A DNA stretch of 64,000 bases from Psammoneis japonica (Eukaryota), in assembly GCA_008632985.1 (NCBI GenBank), contig QPGO01000122.1, positions 62,001-126,000 of the forward strand, read 5' to 3'. The translations under genes and the position numbers were made by a program. The notes beneath the pieces are model-generated. The model ran no database searches. It had not been told where the DNA came from and saw only the letters and a program-made list of their open reading frames with translations. Below, piece after piece: positions 59,134 through 64,000 of this stretch; position 1 is the stretch's first letter, and each line of letters begins with the position of its first letter.

Positions 59134-61690
59134 CTAATTCTTTGCATGTGGGTTCACGGGTTTTTTCGGACTAGTTCCAGAAGCTTTGGATACAACCTTT
59201 TTCACAAACCCTACCAAGACGCTCGTTCGCTGCTCGCCGATGGTTGATATGTTCTGATTCTTCTTGTACGCTATAACTCGAGCACCTAGACCTATGAAGG
59301 TAGGCTGTGCTCTTCCCTTCTTCTTGTTATCCAGGGGGCTCTTCATGCCAGCGTCTTCTTCCATCTTTCTCATTTTTTGCAGGCAAGTGTTTTGCACGGC
59401 GTAACAAACATTGTGGAATTCGACGGATGCATGGTCATGAATACGTATCGTATGCCACTGGTCTTCCGTCATGACGTGTTCTAGGAGCTCCATAGCTGCT
59501 TTAAACTTCTGTGGCTCTGCTTCACTGTTTGGAAACTTGAGGTGCAAAAGCCGCTCCTTGGATGACGAAGAAAGGTGTCCATGCTGCTTGAAGAAACTTA
59601 GGCATACATGCAGAGAGATTTTTGCGCCTGTACTGTTTACCAAGCCATCCACTTGCTCCTGCAATGTCAGTTTCTTTTTCTTTTTGTTTGAAAACTTCTT
59701 ACTCACAACTCCGGCCGAGAACAGTGTCGCGACAGCGGGAGGTCGTTGCTTTCGCGTGGAGGCCGTGACAGGCTGAGTCGCAGTGGCTGACTCGTCAGAA
59801 TCCACACGACGTCGAGAAGCAGCCGGCGCGTCACCATCATCAGTAGTAGTAGCATCAGCATCTGGTGGGCTTACAGCATAGGCAGCCACATTGTTGTTTT
59901 GAGTGGAGCCGGCGTTTTCATCAATAACGTTGCACTCGATGCCGCCGTCTCGATTGGATATTTTTTCGTCCGCAAAATCCGTCGTGCTATCTTCCTCCTC
60001 CGATGATAGGAGTTCAATATTCCTTTTCTTACTGGACTGATTGGCCTCAAGCTGAGCCATCTCCAAGTTGCGAATCGCGTGGGCTTGCTCGGAAAGCTCG
60101 GTACGTTGTGCATCACACACTGATAATACACGAGACAGTAGCTCATTCTGCTGCTTTATCTGTAAAGCAAGGTTGATGTCACTTGAAAGATCCGGGTTGC
60201 GGTCTTGAAAGCTAGCGTCTATTTTCTTTCCCCAGATCCGAAGCACTTGTGAGGTGTCAGCCGTGTCACCATCACGAATCTTCGCTTCTGCTGCAGCACG
60301 CTCCAACGTGTACACGATTTGATGGTTTTGACGAAGCTCCTTCGAAACTTCAGCGTGATGCCGAATCATACTAGCCGTGCAAGAACGCAAGAAGGGACGC
60401 AGCTCCCCTCCTTTCAGAAATTGAGCAAGAGAGTCAGAGATCATATACAATTTTTCAATGAGACGTTCAACATCATCTTGTACATGGCTCCCAAGGCATT
60501 CCAAGTTTGGAGCAAATTTCTTGCCGGCAGTATCATCCCAGCCCATCATCGCGTTTGCCGCTGGAAGAGTGAGCTGCGGTGTAATTCGTTTGTAAGTCTT
60601 GCCATTGGCAGCTCCGGGCGCCCATCCAACTCGAGCGTCCCGCTTCTTCAACTGACACTCCTCGATGCGAATTCAAGAATGTAGCCATACCAACTCGAAT
60701 AGACTTAGAAGAATAATCGTTCTGTAGAACCGGGTTGACCTTGCTTCGAATAATAGACGTCAACTTAGCGGCAACATACTTGTCGCTCACGCTCCACAAG
60801 TCTGGAAAAGTGTACTTGTGGAGCTCCTTCTCCATGCTGTCTGGACGATAGAGACCTTTCTCACAAGAATAGAAACACGCGAAAGCATGGTAGAGATCAA
60901 AGAGATAAGACTTTTTGTTTGGTGGGAAGAGGAGTCCATACAAATCCACAGTCTTCGGCTCACACCACGTTGCTTCCAAATTCTCATAAAATAAATCCCA
61001 GAACCATTCATCATACCGTTGATACCTCACTTCCCCTCCACGTCCAGCAGCCATAGCACCCATCAAAATCCAGCAACGCTGCTGAAGAGGGCCATTATTC
61101 ATCATTGGATAATTGCATTGCAGAACAAGAGCAAGAAGCAACGTCTCGATGTCGTTTGCGAATGCACCGTTCTCGCGTCTCAACATTGAATTTTTGTCAG
61201 ACGTAAGAATAGTATTTCGCTGCTTGGCTCGAACATATTCTGAAGACACGTTTGGAACCAGGGGCAAAGTCCTTTTGTCAGAATACTCCATGCTAAGGAG
61301 GTTGGCTTTATCAGTGGCCTTTGCCACATCTTTGAACAGAGGCTTGTACCACTTGTCCTCGTCTTCCCAGTCAGGGTGCTTGGGGAACTTCATTTTTAGC
61401 GCTTCTTTGACCTTTCCAAAAATTCGCTGCTTTCCGTCAATTCCTACTAGCCCGTTGGAGGGATTGTCATACCGATAGATGGGCTCATCCGACAAGAACT
61501 TGCTGAAGCGCATCATAAGTGTCCTGAGGTGGTATCCATCCACATGACGTTCCTCCAATCCGTGAAACGGCTTGTCTTGTTTTTTGTCTTGAAACGCGTC
61601 AAACGTTTTGATTGCAGACTTATCGCCACTTATGGTAGAAGGGGCCCTAGACGCCTTCATGATTGGCGCCTCAAGGGTCGAAGTGGGCAT
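59134..61690 (-). CDS. Tyrosine recombinase (~851 aa once a +1 frameshift at 60639-60641 is corrected)
   Basis: ORFs 60533-61690 and 59134-60651 join when one extra G is removed (the other copy has GG); R / S-K-S-I-R / W / Y catalytic motifs; long low-complexity C-terminal extension. Confidence 0.85.
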
Positions 61691-62254
61691 GCTGCACGGC
61701 TGCTCTGTTGTTGCGGGTGGCTTCTGTGACAGCTGTGTGGCTGCGTCTGCTTTTTTGTGAGACGATATCTCCTCCGTGCCGTGTCTCTAGTCTCGAACTT
61801 TAGCACGGTATCGCAGAAGTCTTGCGGGTGGTGGTGAATCTGATGATGTAAAAATTCTGGCGCGTTTCAAGGTTATGTGTGTATACAGACATGTGATGTT
61901 ATATTTACATCAACTTTCAGAGAACTTTCGGGTTACTTCTTCTGAAAGTTGCCAAATCTATTCCGGAAAAGAAAAATTGGTCGCACTGTCCGTCCGTCGC
62001 CATGCATCCGAGATGAAAATCAGACGTGGTGCAAGTAGCTAGTGTGGTGAATCATCGGCCGCGATGCTAAAAAGAAGACACTGTTGCACCACATCATCAA
62101 AAGAACATAGAGACAAGAGATCACCATCATTAAGATCTACGTTGACAATCTAAAGCACTGGTTTTTAAACACACAATTGCGCTGAAACCCCCAAGCAATC
62201 TCTCCACGAGTCTTCACCGGCAATCTCAAGATCCCGCCGCCGACGGTTGGTGTG

Positions 62255-63445
62255 TTACATGGGCTCCAACCACTGCCAGTGCTAGCAGCACACAGGCTCC
62301 CACTGCCACCAGCACCTGCAGCAAAAGGCTCCAACTGCCTCCAGCGCCACTGGCACACAGGCGCCCACCGTCACCACTGGCTCCCACCGCCACCACTGCC
62401 AGCAGTGCACAGGCTCCCACTGCCACCACTGCCAGCAGCAAAACACCTCCAATCACCACCACTGCCAGCAGCGTGCAGGGGCACCATCAACACCAGATGA
62501 AAAGAATCCAACCGCCTCGAATGCCAGTGGCACCCACCGCCACCAGACAAAAAGGACAGTGGTGCACAGGCTCCAACCGCCGCAAGCGCTGGCAGCTGTG
62601 CAGGGTGCAGCCTCCCACTGCCACCAGTGCCAGCATCATGCAGGGGCACCCACCGCCACCAGATAGAAATGACAGCAGTGCACAGGCTCCAACCGCTGCC
62701 AGTGCCAGCAGCTGTGCAGGATGCAGCCTCCCACTGCCGCCAGTGCCAGCATCACACGGGGGTGCCAACCGCCACCAGATAAAAAAGATGGTTGTGCACA
62801 GGCTCCAACATTTGCCAACGCCAGCAAATGTGCAGGATGCAGGCTCACACCGCCACCAGTGCTGCAGCAGCAGCACACAGGCTGCTGCTGCCGCCAGCGG
62901 TTGTGGCAAAAGGCTCCAACCGCCTCCAGTGCCAGCGGCACACAGGATCACACCACCACCAGTGCTGGCCTTGACACACAGGCTCCCACTGCAACCACTG
63001 GCCAGTGGCAAAAAAGCTCCAACCACCACCAGTCCCAACAGCACACAGGGGCACCCACCGACATCACATGGCGAGGCTCCAAACGCCTCGATGGTCACCA
63101 GCACACAGGCTCCAACCGCCGGATGCAGGCTCACACCGCCACCAGTGCTGCAGCAGCAGGACACAGGCTGCCACTGCCACCAGTTCTAGCAGCAAAAGGC
63201 TCCAACCACCTCCAGTGCCAGCAGCACACAGGATCACACCGCCACCAGTGCTGGCCTTGATGTGCAGGCTCCCACTGCAACCACTGGCTAGCAGCAAAAA
63301 AGCTCCAACCACCACCAGCACCAGCATCATGCAGGGGCACCAACCGCCACCAGATGAAAAGGACAGCAGTGCACAGGCTCCAGCCACCCCCAGTGCAAAA
63401 GCAGCAAAAGGCTCCTGCCGCCGCCAGTGCTGCCACATTCAGCCC
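62255..63445. repeat. Degenerate minisatellite array built on CACAGGCTCC(C/A)AC(T/C)GCCACCAGTGC(C/T)
   Basis: The core GGCTCC(A/C)AC recurs many times with irregular spacing; nearly TpA-free. Confidence 0.8.
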
Positions 63446-64000
63446 TGCCACAACACACAGTCCAGTCCATGAATTTATGTTGAAAACAACACCGTCAGAG
63501 ATGCCACCAACGAGACAGATCTCTTTCAAACTTTCCAACACATTGTCACATCTAGAAGCACACACTGTGGCATGGCTGCGGGAACGCACTGAAGACGCCG
63601 CCGCCGCATCATCATCATCGTGAAAGCGCCGTTTGCGTTGGCCTCACGCAAATTTGAATGAGGCCTGATTGGTGCAACTGCCATTTCAGCATCACCCCAC
63701 GTAACATTGCGCACGTAGAATCCTGCACAAGTTTTGTGAACGCATGGAAGGACAGGCCGAGTGCGACCATTTTTTCAAATCTCCACAGTCCATTGTGGAA
63801 CACTTTTGACATGCTAAACACGACCTGATTTGGACCGTTGGTATTTTAATGCATTCTACAGACATGTGGGCGTGCATTAAAATAGGTCTGGGGGTCAAAA
63901 ACTCCAAATCGCGACCCCCAAGTGTTCCACAGTTTCAAAGTCATCGAAAATGTCCAAAAACGCCTTCTGACTGCACTTTGGCTGTGAACATCACGGCAAG

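Larger units (their letters stand above)
57726..61968 (-). mobile_element. Crypton-like tyrosine-recombinase transposon (4243 bp) carrying a RusA-family resolvase gene
   Basis: Ends are defined by comparison with the second copy; CGGAA direct repeats at 57726-57730 and 61964-61968; subterminal AACTTTC/GAAAGTT dyads; two convergent ORFs. Confidence 0.85.

Noticed and set aside
59134..61968. Classical RIP (CpA->TpA) acting on the TA-containing copies
   Set aside because: Conserved cyclase and Gypsy motifs show TA is ancestral, and old repeats here are TA-poor rather than TA-rich.
55071..61968. One large element with 2.5-kb terminal inverted repeats (Polinton- or DIRS-like)
   Set aside because: Each arm has its own pair of CGGAA-bounded ends and the left arm is a deletion derivative; no polymerase, RT or capsid genes are present.
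1..64000. Prokaryotic origin or an alternative genetic code
   Set aside because: Spliceosomal introns restore frames in two genes, and intact genes use the standard code with TAA, TAG and TGA stops.
1..64000. tRNA, rRNA or telomeric repeats
   Set aside because: None recognised by eye; a covariance-model search was not possible.
63460..64000. Possible transposase remnant at the window end
   Set aside because: No recognisable catalytic motif; truncated by the window edge.

Overview
Eukaryotic DNA, most likely a diatom: it has short GT-AG introns, signal-plus-transit presequences cleaving before Phe, and diatom-like gene content. Gene islands of ordinary composition alternate sharply with blocks of decayed transposons, pseudogenes and repeats that are almost free of TpA and CpG and rich in TpG/CpA. 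Intact genes: a ~2334-aa FAD-binding membrane protein, a two-HKD phospholipase D, an ankyrin protein, a secreted unknown protein, a THUMP RNA methyltransferase, a membrane class III nucleotide cyclase, a FAS1 protein, a plastid cyclophilin and an acidic plastid-type protein. Two candidate new systems stand out. (1) A repeat-associated hypermutation converts TpA to TpG/CpA, the mirror image of fungal RIP. It is visible in four independent copy pairs, and conserved protein motifs give its direction (Tyr->Cys/His). (2) A 4.24-kb Crypton-like tyrosine-recombinase element (57726-61968) carries an AT-hook/RusA-family Holliday-junction resolvase. It is bounded by CGGAA direct repeats and AACTTTC/GAAAGTT dyads, and an inverted, internally deleted copy (55071-57558) lies 167 bp away. 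All counts were made by eye and no database search was possible, so novelty is unconfirmed.
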